Assembly: GCA_964549615.1 (NCBI GenBank)
Contig: CAZJVP010000094.1
Location: forward strand, 1-52,119
DNA from: an uncultured Thermococci archaeon
GTDB lineage: Archaea; CAYQAE01; CAYVLA01
DNA length: 52,119 nt
Reading direction: 5' to 3'
The notes beneath the pieces are model-generated. The model was not told where the DNA came from and searched no databases. It worked only from the letters and a program-made list of their open reading frames with translations. Positions 29,299-38,216 of this stretch are shown here, piece by piece. Within the stretch, counting starts at the first letter, position 1. Every line of letters starts with the position of its first letter. The position numbers and the translations under genes are program-made.

Positions 29299-30217
29299 GT
29301 TCTGCCTTCCTTATCCACTCTTCGTATACGTCCACCAGCGTCACCACGGAAGCTTCGTATGAGCGGACGCTTGCCGAATACTTGGCTATTTCCTGCATTA
29401 ATCTGCTCGTCTCGTCGCGCGACTTGAGGAGAAAGGAAACCGTGCCGTCCTCCGCCATCTCGTATGGCACTTGAAATGAGTTCCAGAACTCGGGATGAAC
29501 CGAGTCATGCGGCTTGACGTGCAGCCTGTAGGGCTGAGTCGTCGACTCGAAGAAGCTCGCCATATCGCCCGTCCTCATGACCGTGCCGTTCTTCCTCATG
29601 AGGACGAACCTATCCGCAAGCTTGCTCACGACCCTCGGGTTATGGTCGATCATCACTATTGTCGTGGACGACTTCAGCTTGGCCAAAAAGGAGATCATCT
29701 TGCTTGCCCTCTCGGTATCAAGAGGCGAAGTCACCTCATCCAGGAGAAGCAGCGAGGGCCTCTTCATCAGCGCGCAACCGACCCTTAAGACCATTTTCTG
29801 TCCCTCGGAGAACCCCTCGATCTTCTCTCCGAGCGAGTCCAACATCCCCATCTGTTCCAGAAAGGGCATGATCGATTGCCTCGAGGAACCTTGAATCCCC
29901 TCGAAGTAAGAAAGCGTCTCGCCCATGGTGAGCTTCTTGTGGAAGCCCAGCGTCGGAGATACGAAACCGATCTTCCTCCTGAGCGATCTCAGATCCGAGT
30001 AGAGGTCGACTCGGTCCAGAAGTATGCTCCCCGAATCAGGCGCGATGATACCTGCTATGATCTTGAGCAGGGTCGTCTTCCCACAAGCATTGGGACCAAT
30101 CACCGCGGTGATGGTGTTGGGGGCGGCCTCGAAGCTGACCCCGCCCAGTATGCTGACGGCCTTTCCCCCCAACCTGAAGCTCTTCGCAAGCCGGTCCACG
30201 CGTAGAGATGATCCCAA
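29273..30217 (-). CDS. ABC transporter ATP-binding protein (ABC-2 exporter type)
   Basis: GPNACGKT, variant signature FSEGQ, LLLLDE and H-loop IDH. Confidence 0.92.
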   Translation of the reverse strand: MGSSLRVDRLAKSFRLGGKAVSILGGVSFEAAPNTITAVIGPNACGKTTLLKIIAGIIAPDSGSILLDRVDLYSDLRSLRRKIGFVSPTLGFHKKLTMGETLSYFEGIQGSSRQSIMPFLEQMGMLDSLGEKIEGFSEGQKMVLRVGCALMKRPSLLLLDEVTSPLDTERASKMISFLAKLKSSTTIVMIDHNPRVVSKLADRFVLMRKNGTVMRTGDMASFFESTTQPYRLHVKPHDSVHPEFWNSFQVPYEMAEDGTVSFLLKSRDETSRLMQEIAKYSASVRSYEASVVTLVDVYEEWIRKAEHDQGHDAE

Positions 30218-30227
30218 GCGATTCCTC

Positions 30228-31070
30228 CTAGTAGTGCTCTATTGCTCCAAACGTCATCGCTCTTCGCTCGACCCACCGGTAAAACGCAACGCAGATCAGC
30301 ACACCCGCCGCCACGCCCGCTGTCATGAGTAGTATCGGATCCAACGAGACGCCGGAGAGGGCGAGCAGGGAATCCTGCGAGGTTGGCAACCTGCCCAAGA
30401 TGATGATTTCCCTGCAGACCTCCAAGCCCCTGGTGACCGGGATTATCCTCAACAGGCCCGGGAGCGCGGATACTGGCCAAGCAAAGCTGGCGAATGCGGC
30501 AACTGGGAAGAAGAACCCCGACCCCACCTTAAGGACCTGGAGGAAGACGCCGGCCGTCGCACCTATCTTCTTGAACATGAGCGAAAGTGACCCCATAAGC
30601 ACCGCCACGGTCAGAACGTACGCCCATGACAAAAGGATGACCACGGCCAGATAGCCAAGCCCTCCCAAGCTGGGGGATCTGATACCTGTGAGGGCAAAAA
30701 CTGGCAGGAAGATGGCAACTGCCATGAAAGCATTCACAATGCTCCGGGCGGCCATCTGGCTCACTATCAAGGTCAACGGTGAGACGTTGTTGTTCATCAG
30801 GGTGCCCAGCGTCCCCAGCCTCGCCTCCTCCGGAATGATTCTGGTGGCCTCAACGTATCCGTTCTCCATGAAGGCCCAGAAGAAGATGTTGACCAAGATG
30901 AATGTCTGGAAAGGGTAGTCCAGATACCGTGGGTCGGGTGAAACGACGTTGCCTATGAAACCGAAGGCGATCATCGTCGCCCCAAGGTACGCCGCGTCGA
31001 CCACGAGCTCGAACTTGTACTTGAGGATTATTCTGAGGTACCGCGCCACATTGCTCGCGAGAATGGCCAA
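30228..31070 (-). CDS. ABC-2 type permease
   Basis: Six TM segments with EARLGTL, GSGFFFPV and IIPVTRG motifs. Confidence 0.88.
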   Translation of the reverse strand: MAILASNVARYLRIILKYKFELVVDAAYLGATMIAFGFIGNVVSPDPRYLDYPFQTFILVNIFFWAFMENGYVEATRIIPEEARLGTLGTLMNNNVSPLTLIVSQMAARSIVNAFMAVAIFLPVFALTGIRSPSLGGLGYLAVVILLSWAYVLTVAVLMGSLSLMFKKIGATAGVFLQVLKVGSGFFFPVAAFASFAWPVSALPGLLRIIPVTRGLEVCREIIILGRLPTSQDSLLALSGVSLDPILLMTAGVAAGVLICVAFYRWVERRAMTFGAIEHY

Positions 31071-31185
31071 TTCCCGCCGCCAACCTTGAAGGGCTTCAGG
31101 CTGCGGCCAGATAAGTATTTGCTAACGGGAATCTACGGCGCCTATACGGGCGGCGGGGAGTTGGCAGGCCGCCGCGCCGCGGACC

Positions 31186-31362
31186 TCATCCCCTCTTCTT
31201 GAGAAGTATCGATCTGTTGCCCTTGATCTCTATGGCGATTCGGTCGCCCTTCCTCCATCCCAGCTTCTTTACAAGGTCCCTGGGAACGCTCGTCGTGTAC
31301 TGGGCAACCCGTCCTCCCTTGGGCAGGGTGTGAGTCTTCATCTGGAGCCGTATCGTGGCCAT
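31186..31362 (-). CDS. AbrB/MazE/SpoVT-like small DNA-binding protein
   Basis: QYTTSVPRDLVKKLGWRKGDRIAIEI..ILLKK pattern. Confidence 0.8.
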   Translation of the reverse strand: MATIRLQMKTHTLPKGGRVAQYTTSVPRDLVKKLGWRKGDRIAIEIKGNRSILLKKRG

Positions 31363-31463
31363 GTTCTCGCCGCCATCGCACACTTCCCAGCGGATTCTAA
31401 AAATGGGCCTGGCCGCCCAGCTGCGCCCATAAGAGATTCGCGGACGAGTCTGAGAAAATCACA

Positions 31464-32300
31464 TCATCCGATCACCCACTTCCCTAGCGGGACCGGCTTG
31501 TAGGGCAAGTTCATGAGCGCGATGAAGCTCTCCTTGTGGGTGGCCCGGTCAATCATGGCCGGGTTGTCCTTCGTGGGTCTGAACGTCGTCACCCGTTCAA
31601 AGGGGGGATTGAGTGGTATCCGGCCGAAGGTCTCCGCCTTCGCCCTCTCCAGAGCCCTTTTGGCTCCCTCCTCTATGAGATCCCGGGCTCGGGCAGGGTG
31701 CAGATGTACGGCCGCCAAGTTCCACCTCTCGTACTCCTCGCGCGGCAGTCCCTCCCCGCCCCTTGACTGAAGGCCACGCTTGACGGCCACCGTCTCGATG
31801 TCGGGAACGAGCTCGCGCGCCTCCTTCGTGAAGGCCAGATCCCCTGATCCGAATATCGACCTAACGCCAAGCTCGCTCGCACACATAGCGAGTTGTCCGA
31901 ACTCGCCGATCGAAACGTTGTTCACCGAAAGGTCATCATAACCGAAGCTCTGGGTGTGGGCCATGTGGGCGTAGATGCTGTTTGACTTCGCATGCTGCCC
32001 GACCCAGGCGCACGCATCAAACGTCTCGTCAAGCCCCAACGGCCACGGGCCCTCGGGCCACCCCCTCTGCAGCTCCACCCTGTCATCCAGCAGTTTGGGT
32101 GAAATCCCTCCGGGGCCGTGCCCGTCGGCGACCACTATCTCGTCCGCGCCCGCCTCAAAGAAACCCCTCACGGCGGCGTTAACCTCGAGGGTCAGGAACT
32201 CTTTCGCGGTCTCGTAGTAGCTGGAGCCTGGCCGGCACCAGTTCTCATGGTCGATGACGCCGGCGACTCCCTCCAGATCCGTCATTACGTAGATCCTCAT
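31464..32300 (-). CDS. dppA: M55 family D-aminopeptidase
   Basis: MRIYVMTDLEG (DxE), VADGHG, GQHA, MAHT, IGE and SGD motifs. Confidence 0.9.
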   Translation of the reverse strand: MRIYVMTDLEGVAGVIDHENWCRPGSSYYETAKEFLTLEVNAAVRGFFEAGADEIVVADGHGPGGISPKLLDDRVELQRGWPEGPWPLGLDETFDACAWVGQHAKSNSIYAHMAHTQSFGYDDLSVNNVSIGEFGQLAMCASELGVRSIFGSGDLAFTKEARELVPDIETVAVKRGLQSRGGEGLPREEYERWNLAAVHLHPARARDLIEEGAKRALERAKAETFGRIPLNPPFERVTTFRPTKDNPAMIDRATHKESFIALMNLPYKPVPLGKWVIG

Positions 32301-32349
32301 GCCCCAAGCCAAGGCCGCCGCTCTGATAAAGATGAATGCGGGAAGATGC

Positions 32350-32928
32350 CTAAGCCCGGTAGGGCTCCAATCTCTTCTTGTGGATGGCAGAAGAGACCAC
32401 GGCCTCGATCTGCCCCGGGTGCTCCAGCACGGTGATCCCCTCCATCGACCTGACCGTCTCTACGTTTTGAACATCCACTCTCCGGGTTGTGATCCTGATT
32501 CTCCTTCCACCCGGTATCTCCGTCTCGAGGGATCCCATCCTCCAGTCAACGGGGCATATGTAGACGGGCGTCCCGCCCTTGACCGCCTGGGCGACGCAGT
32601 TCGATACGAGGCTGTCCGCTATGCCGTGTGCGATCTTGGCCGTCGTGTTGGCCGTAGCGGGCGAGACGAATAGGAGGTCATACCGGCCCGTCTGCAAGGC
32701 ACCCGCAATGAAAGGCTGATTCGGCCCCCTCTCTACTGCGACCTTGCCGAACTTGTCCTGAAGCCTGTTCCAAAGCTTGTACCACTTGATGACGATCTCG
32801 GCGTTCCTAGAAGCAAAGGTCTTGACCTGCACAAGCGGGTTCTCGATGACCCTCTCCATCGCCTCCACCGTCTGCACCAACTGGTCCCCGGCTCCGGTGA
32901 TGCCCCAGGCAACTCTGAGTCTCCTCAA
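32350..32928 (-). CDS. afpA: Archaeoflavoprotein AfpA (HFCD family)
   Basis: VAWGITGAG, GALQTGRYD, PATANTTAKIAHGIADSLVSN and PVD motifs. Overlaps the stop of the upstream flavoprotein gene. Confidence 0.9.
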   Translation of the reverse strand: MRRLRVAWGITGAGDQLVQTVEAMERVIENPLVQVKTFASRNAEIVIKWYKLWNRLQDKFGKVAVERGPNQPFIAGALQTGRYDLLFVSPATANTTAKIAHGIADSLVSNCVAQAVKGGTPVYICPVDWRMGSLETEIPGGRRIRITTRRVDVQNVETVRSMEGITVLEHPGQIEAVVSSAIHKKRLEPYRA

Positions 32929-33539
32929 GCAGCCTCCCCCTTCAGGATCTTGGCCACCTCGACGAGCCGACCCACCGTCCTCTCAACGCTTCGCATCCCC
33001 GTCCGGTCTCGAGCAGCTCCCTCGGCGCCTTCGTCCCTTGACCAGACGCATGCCCCAAGGTTGGATCCGAACGCGCCCCCGCCGACGGGGATCATCTTGT
33101 TCGCCAGGAAGAAGGAGTGGATGCAGATGATGGAAGGCTCTTGCCCTCCCGCCCGATCCCCTCCGACCGCGATGGCCGCCCCGACCTTGTTCTTGAGCAC
33201 ATCGGGATCCCTCGCAACGATCGCCCTGCACCTATCCATGACGGCCTTGAGCTGGGCCGACACGCTTCCCTGGTAGACTGGCGTTGCGAGTATCCACGCA
33301 TCCGCCGCCTCCATCATCGGATAGAGCTCGACCATGTCATCCTTCTGGACGCATCCCTTCTTGGTGCGAACGCAGTAGTCGCAGTGGAGACAGAAATTGA
33401 TCCTCTTGGCCCTCACGGAGAAGAACTGAACTTCCACGCCGCCCTCAGATCGAGCGAACTCAAGTGCCTTCTTCAGGGCATACTCGGTCGACCCTTGACG
33501 AGGGCTGCCGCACACCCCGAGCACCCTTATGCTTGCCAT
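32925..33539 (-). CDS. Iron-sulfur flavoprotein (Isf / multimeric flavodoxin)
   Basis: GSPRQGST, CLHCDYC-x5-C, TPVY.GSVSAQLKA..DR and GGDRAGGQE motifs. Confidence 0.92.
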   Translation of the reverse strand: MASIRVLGVCGSPRQGSTEYALKKALEFARSEGGVEVQFFSVRAKRINFCLHCDYCVRTKKGCVQKDDMVELYPMMEAADAWILATPVYQGSVSAQLKAVMDRCRAIVARDPDVLKNKVGAAIAVGGDRAGGQEPSIICIHSFFLANKMIPVGGGAFGSNLGACVWSRDEGAEGAARDRTGMRSVERTVGRLVEVAKILKGEAA

Positions 33540-33673
33540 CCGTTTGCCGCGAGCATCAGGGGGGCCACGATCCGGCAAGAAGCGTCGTTTGACGTCTGGG
33601 ATCACGTTGCCTGGCATTGGGGAGCACGAATCGGTCCAAGAAGATATATATCGCGATCCGTCAAGCAGCGGGT

Positions 33674-34306
33674 GTGGATCTGCAGTCCTATTTGACCTTC
33701 GGGGTCAGCCTGTTCACGATAGTCGATGCCATAGGGAACGTGCCCTTCTTCGTTGCGGCGACGGAGAACTTCGCTGCGCCTGCTAGGAGGTGGGTCATCG
33801 AGAGGGCTTCGTTGATAGCTGCCGTGGTGTTGATGTTCTTCTTGTTGGTTGGCAAGGTGATCCTCGATCTTCTCAGCGTGACGTTGAGCAGCTTCCAGAT
33901 AGCCGCCGGCATAGTCCTGTTCATAATCAGTTGGGATCTCATGCTGGCCAGGACGTCGGGAACCAAGAGCACGGAGGACGAGAGGAACGAGGCACTCTCC
34001 AAGGACGACATCGCGGTCTTTCCCCTTGCCATACCCCTGCTCTCCGGTCCCGGTGCCATAACGTGGTGTATGTACAACGGAAGCCGGAGCGCGGGCATCG
34101 CATCCAAGGCCATAATGCTCGGCATCGTGGCGATCGTGATGCTGATCTCCTTCGTCATACTGGAGACGGGTGCCGCGATCATGGGGGCAATAGGGGTAAC
34201 TGGGATGAAGGTCATTCGAAGGATCATGGGACTTCTGCTTTCGGCCGTGGCGGTGAATTACGTGGTCGAGGGCGTGAAGAACACGTTACCCCACATGCTT
34301 GGCTAG
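33674..34306 (+). CDS. marC: MarC family membrane protein
   Basis: IVDAIGNVP, FQIAAGIVLF, IAVFPLAIPLLSGPGAI and RIMGLLL motifs. The GTG at 33674 follows a GATATATA box. Confidence 0.9.
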   Translation: MDLQSYLTFGVSLFTIVDAIGNVPFFVAATENFAAPARRWVIERASLIAAVVLMFFLLVGKVILDLLSVTLSSFQIAAGIVLFIISWDLMLARTSGTKSTEDERNEALSKDDIAVFPLAIPLLSGPGAITWCMYNGSRSAGIASKAIMLGIVAIVMLISFVILETGAAIMGAIGVTGMKVIRRIMGLLLSAVAVNYVVEGVKNTLPHMLG

Positions 34307-34315
34307 GACCTCGTC

Positions 34316-35743
34316 CTAGGTCATGGCGATGAGCCTGAGCCGCTGGAAGCTCCCTGGGTCTTCGACCCAAAGCGCATGGGGCCGCATCTTGGGCTTCGTG
34401 CCCCAAAGCAGCACTGTGTTGTTGATGAGCCTGGCCTTGAGGTAGCAATCCGACAACGCCATCAGTCTCTTCCTAACCGCAAGGTCCCTGAACACAATGC
34501 TTATGTGCAGTCCTTTGTCCCGTCTGACTTGTGAGGCGTCGCTGCCTGCGACCTTCAAGGACGCCTTTCGCCCATACATAGACTCGATGGTATCGTAGCT
34601 CACGATCGAGAGCACCGGCGACCTCCCCGCCTCGCCGAGAGCCCGTCTTAAGGCAAGCCACGATTTGTGATCCTCCGAGATGTCCTCCCCCGGTGCAACC
34701 ACGGAGCAATGCGGGTCGCTGGGCTCGCACGCCCCGAGCTCCGCTATCCTCAACTGGTTCGCCAGGAACCTTTGGCGAACCTCCTGCCATCGACTCTCGT
34801 CGAACATGCGCTGAACTATCATAAGTTCGGCCGCCGCGTCGCGGGTGCCTGCAGGAATCACCATGACCCCGCGGCCCTTCAGCAGGAAGTCGGCAACGAG
34901 GGGATAGCAAAGGGTCTCCAGAACGCTCGACGGCGTCTCGCGGTCCACCTCAATGGTCACATAGCTGCCTCTGGGGAAGCCGCCGCCGAACATGCTGTCG
35001 AGTTCCTGTATGCCGGTGGCGAAGCGATCCCTGGTCTCGGGTAGAGGCTTGGGATAGCCCGCCACGCTGAGTTCGAACCGGCCGCAAGAGAATCCGGGCG
35101 CGTCGGTGACGGCGAACCTTCCGCCTTCCAGGGTATAGAGATGGTCTCTCTCTGCCAGCTGAAAACCGCGCATCTTCTCGATCCTCATCCTTCTGACAGG
35201 TTCGCCCTCCACCTCGACGCTCTCGAGGGTTATCTGGGCATCAACCGAGTGCTGGAGGGGACCCGGTTCACCCTTCTCCCTCGCAAGTATGACGGTGCAC
35301 CCCATCTGGTTCATGACCTCGGCCATGGCCCTCTCGACCTCGACGGATGGCCTTCCGTCCTTTTCGGCCAGTCCCTCCCAAGGGTCGATGGCCATTACCA
35401 GATCCTTCTCGGCTCTTTCCGTCATCAACACGGCGAAGTCAGCCATGTCGCCGACCTCGAGCTGCTCGACACCATTTTCCCCACCCGCGGGCCCCGCGTT
35501 TGTTATGTCGACGAACGTGCCTCCCTTTATCTCCTTGCAGATGGGGAATCTGGCGAAAACCATCTTCATCGGGATTCGGGTGGACATGTAGCTCACCCTG
35601 CGGCCCTTTCCCGCCAGCAGCGCCAACAAAGTCAGGCAAAACACGGTCTTGCCAGCGCCGGGCCCTCCCACGACCTCAAGCGATCCCCGCTTCTCGCACA
35701 GCTCCTGGATCTCCCGAGGCAGTGCAACTCCAGATGCGTCCAT
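34316..35743 (-). CDS. GvpD/RAD55 (KaiC-like) two-domain ATPase, paralog 1
   Basis: GGPGAGKT, MAIDPWE and IEKMRG. The second domain (ATGIQELDSMFGGGFPRG) lacks Walker A. Confidence 0.85.
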   Translation of the reverse strand: MDASGVALPREIQELCEKRGSLEVVGGPGAGKTVFCLTLLALLAGKGRRVSYMSTRIPMKMVFARFPICKEIKGGTFVDITNAGPAGGENGVEQLEVGDMADFAVLMTERAEKDLVMAIDPWEGLAEKDGRPSVEVERAMAEVMNQMGCTVILAREKGEPGPLQHSVDAQITLESVEVEGEPVRRMRIEKMRGFQLAERDHLYTLEGGRFAVTDAPGFSCGRFELSVAGYPKPLPETRDRFATGIQELDSMFGGGFPRGSYVTIEVDRETPSSVLETLCYPLVADFLLKGRGVMVIPAGTRDAAAELMIVQRMFDESRWQEVRQRFLANQLRIAELGACEPSDPHCSVVAPGEDISEDHKSWLALRRALGEAGRSPVLSIVSYDTIESMYGRKASLKVAGSDASQVRRDKGLHISIVFRDLAVRKRLMALSDCYLKARLINNTVLLWGTKPKMRPHALWVEDPGSFQRLRLIAMT

Positions 35744-35753
35744 CTCCCTTCAC

Positions 35754-35912
35754 CTATCCTTGGCAGCACTCATGCATCGATATCTTCCGGCCGCCACGGT
35801 CTTCCGGTCGCCTATTGAAGTAGTCCATCAAACCGACAGTCAGGGTCGCGACAATCACAAGACTTTCGGGGAATGCCCAGTGTCTGCCCGGAAGGACGAA
35901 GATTCTTCGCAT
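35754..35912 (-). CDS. Small hypothetical peptide, 52 aa, paralog of 36477-36701
   Basis: MRRIFVLPGRHWAFPESLVIVATLTVGLMDYFNRR...CCQG. Its TAG overlaps the AGGTGA SD of the ATPase. Confidence 0.45.
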   Translation of the reverse strand: MRRIFVLPGRHWAFPESLVIVATLTVGLMDYFNRRPEDRGGRKISMHECCQG

Positions 35913-35989
35913 AAGGCAGATAATCTCTCGACCAAAGCACGGCGAATTTGGCGTACGTCCCTGCCAAACGATTAAGTCGAAATGCCCGT

Positions 35990-36013
35990 CCCGTCGGGCC
36001 TCAGCCCGACGGG
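35990..36013. terminator. Perfect 10-bp hairpin (CCCGTCGGGC-CTCA-GCCCGACGGG); terminator, processing site or operator
   Basis: Inverted repeat seen directly between the small ORFs. No long U-tract. Confidence 0.45.
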
Positions 36014-36065
36014 CACCTTGCAAGAAGTCACCTCTTTCCTAGCCTGGAACAGCAGCCAGGATGCC

Positions 36066-36236
36066 TCAAGCCTTCAACCCGGCTGCGGCTGCGATGGCGA
36101 GCATCCTTTCACACACCGAGGCCCGCCTTTCGCGATCGACCGAGGAGACGGAGTCTATCCAAACCCGCTCGGTCGTCGCCGGGATGCCAAACATGAAAAC
36201 CAAGTACACGAGAACAAGCAGAATCTCAAACACCAA
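36066..36236 (-). CDS. Small single-TM protein, 56 aa (not in the ORF track)
   Basis: GGAGG-5nt-TTG start. Translates as MVFEILLVLVYLVFMFGIPATTERVWIDSVSSVDRERRASVCERMLAIAAAAGLKA. Confidence 0.5.
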   Translation of the reverse strand: MVFEILLVLVYLVFMFGIPATTERVWIDSVSSVDRERRASVCERMLAIAAAAGLKA

Positions 36237-36476
36237 GGACGCCTCCGACCATTCCCTGGGGCCCGTATTCCAATGCCTCGGTCCCTCCTCTCTAAATCTG
36301 AGCCAATCCTCGAACCGATATTAATGGAGGAGGAGGCTCCTTCGATTTTCTGTGAGAATCTCAAATCACCGGCCGGGGGAATGTTCCCCACCATCAATCG
36401 AGACATCCTTGAGAACCGATAGCGATCCGCGGCCGGAAAAGCTGCACAGGCCTTGCTTCCCAGTGCCGCTTCGAGC

Positions 36477-36701
36477 CTATCGCCCTACGTAGATCTTAGG
36501 ACCACTATTCCTTCTCCGATGGGTGTAATCCTGGTCTACGGGGAAGGAGAAGTAGATGCGCTCCCTCCTGGCTTCCCGCCTTTTCACGATCACCCCGGCA
36601 ACGAAGGTCAAGCCGACGGTGAACGAGGCAACCAGCACCACGGCTTCGGATCCTGAAAGGTGATTGGTCCACTGCAGTATCTGCAGGAACAGTGCGTCCA
36701 T
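36477..36701 (-). CDS. Small single-TM protein, 74 aa
   Basis: TM AVVLVASFTVGLTFVAGVIV followed by KRREARRER. CTTAATAG box (36725-36732) at leaderless spacing. Confidence 0.65.
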   Translation of the reverse strand: MDALFLQILQWTNHLSGSEAVVLVASFTVGLTFVAGVIVKRREARRERIYFSFPVDQDYTHRRRNSGPKIYVGR

Positions 36702-36916
36702 TGCACGACTGCTTGGCCGCCTGCCTATTAAGGCTCCAAGAAGATCGGAATGCAGCCGATCAAAACCATCTCATCCACATCTTCTCCTGACGTTACAGCG
36801 CCTCCCCGGCGGCCGGCATCGCATATCCGGTGCCGCTCACGGCCGACCGCAAGATTGGCCAAGGACGAGCGATGGGTAGGACATCACTTATAGGCTCAAG
36901 CTGTTGGGCGCTGGAC

Positions 36917-37846
36917 ATGCACCAATTCTCCCTCTCCTTCAGGGGTTACACGGGCGATTATGACGCGAGGCGTCGCCAGGTTCTGGCCAAGTTCCTTGAA
37001 CTCATCGGCTACGACCGGACCCCGTCGGGCGAAGTCGACCTTAGCCTAGAGTCGAAAGACATGGTCGACGGCCTACGGAGGCGGCGGTATCTGGCGAGCA
37101 GAGGCGACTGGGACCCGCAACCCATCTACGAGATCATGGCCTCCGGCGTTGGGAACGGCGCCACCATCGTCGCCCTGCATGGCCACGGAAGCGATCCTTT
37201 CTCCGGAATCTACGACTATGTATACGGCTTTGCCCGCCGTGGCTACCGGGTGGTCATGCCCATCCTCTTCGGCACTATGGAGCGGGAGACCAAAGGGCTA
37301 AAGCCCGACTGGCGCAACATGTGCAGGGAGTGGTCGATAGAGGCCGACTGTCTCGGCGTCAGCGTGCTGGGCGCCAGGCTCTACGATGCAAGGCTTGCAT
37401 ACGACGCCTGCATGACGCTTGAAGGCGTCGATCCAAACAAGATAGGCTGTGCTGGGCTATCCATGGGCGGCGAGTTGTCGCTGTACCTCGCAGCTCTTGA
37501 GCCCGGCATAGCTGCCTGCGTCTCGGCCGGCTTCCTGTCCACGTTCGAGTCCCTGCTTCTGCGCATGCGGAACTGCCAGTGCTATTCAATCCGGGACTGG
37601 CCGAGGTACTTCGACATGCCCGACATCGCGGCGTGCATTGCGCCTGGGCCTCTTCAAATCCAGAAAGGGGAGGACGATCCATGCTTCGACGCAGCAGACG
37701 TCGCGCAAGCCTGCGCGCAGGTGCGGTCGGTCTACGACTCCCTGGGTGCCACGCGCGCCTTCGAGTACAGAACATACCCTGGCGGCCACATCCTCAATCA
37801 GGACTTGGCGGACGAATGGTTCAAGAGGCACCTGTTTCATCGCTGA
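36917..37846 (+). CDS. Alpha/beta hydrolase (dienelactone hydrolase / acetylxylan esterase-like)
   Basis: LHGHG, GLSMGG nucleophile, GEDD and GGH. The ATG at 36917 follows CTTATAG. Confidence 0.88.
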   Translation: MHQFSLSFRGYTGDYDARRRQVLAKFLELIGYDRTPSGEVDLSLESKDMVDGLRRRRYLASRGDWDPQPIYEIMASGVGNGATIVALHGHGSDPFSGIYDYVYGFARRGYRVVMPILFGTMERETKGLKPDWRNMCREWSIEADCLGVSVLGARLYDARLAYDACMTLEGVDPNKIGCAGLSMGGELSLYLAALEPGIAACVSAGFLSTFESLLLRMRNCQCYSIRDWPRYFDMPDIAACIAPGPLQIQKGEDDPCFDAADVAQACAQVRSVYDSLGATRAFEYRTYPGGHILNQDLADEWFKRHLFHR

Positions 37847-38216
37847 GAGATCCGTTCTGGAAAAGTCAACCAGAGATGGGATTCCCCCACATTGCCTGCG
37901 GATGGCCGCGATTCCACGGCGAGAGGAAGGGTGACCAACGCATCCCACCCAATGCCGCGGAACGAGTTCGGTGGAGATGAACTGCCGACTCAGGAGAGCC
38001 TCGCTTCCCTCAAGACCGACCAGCCAAAGACCACATGCGCCTGCCAGCCGCACCTAAGGGCGGGAGGGCGCACCGTGCACGGCACGGACAGGTTGCGGCT
38101 CGTCGGGCCAACTCTTGAAGGGCCCGCTTGCTACCGGCCGGAAGATCGAAAAACGATATTTCGAACGGCCCCGAAAGGATCATATTAATGAGCTCATCGG
38201 ACCTCGCGATGCCTCG

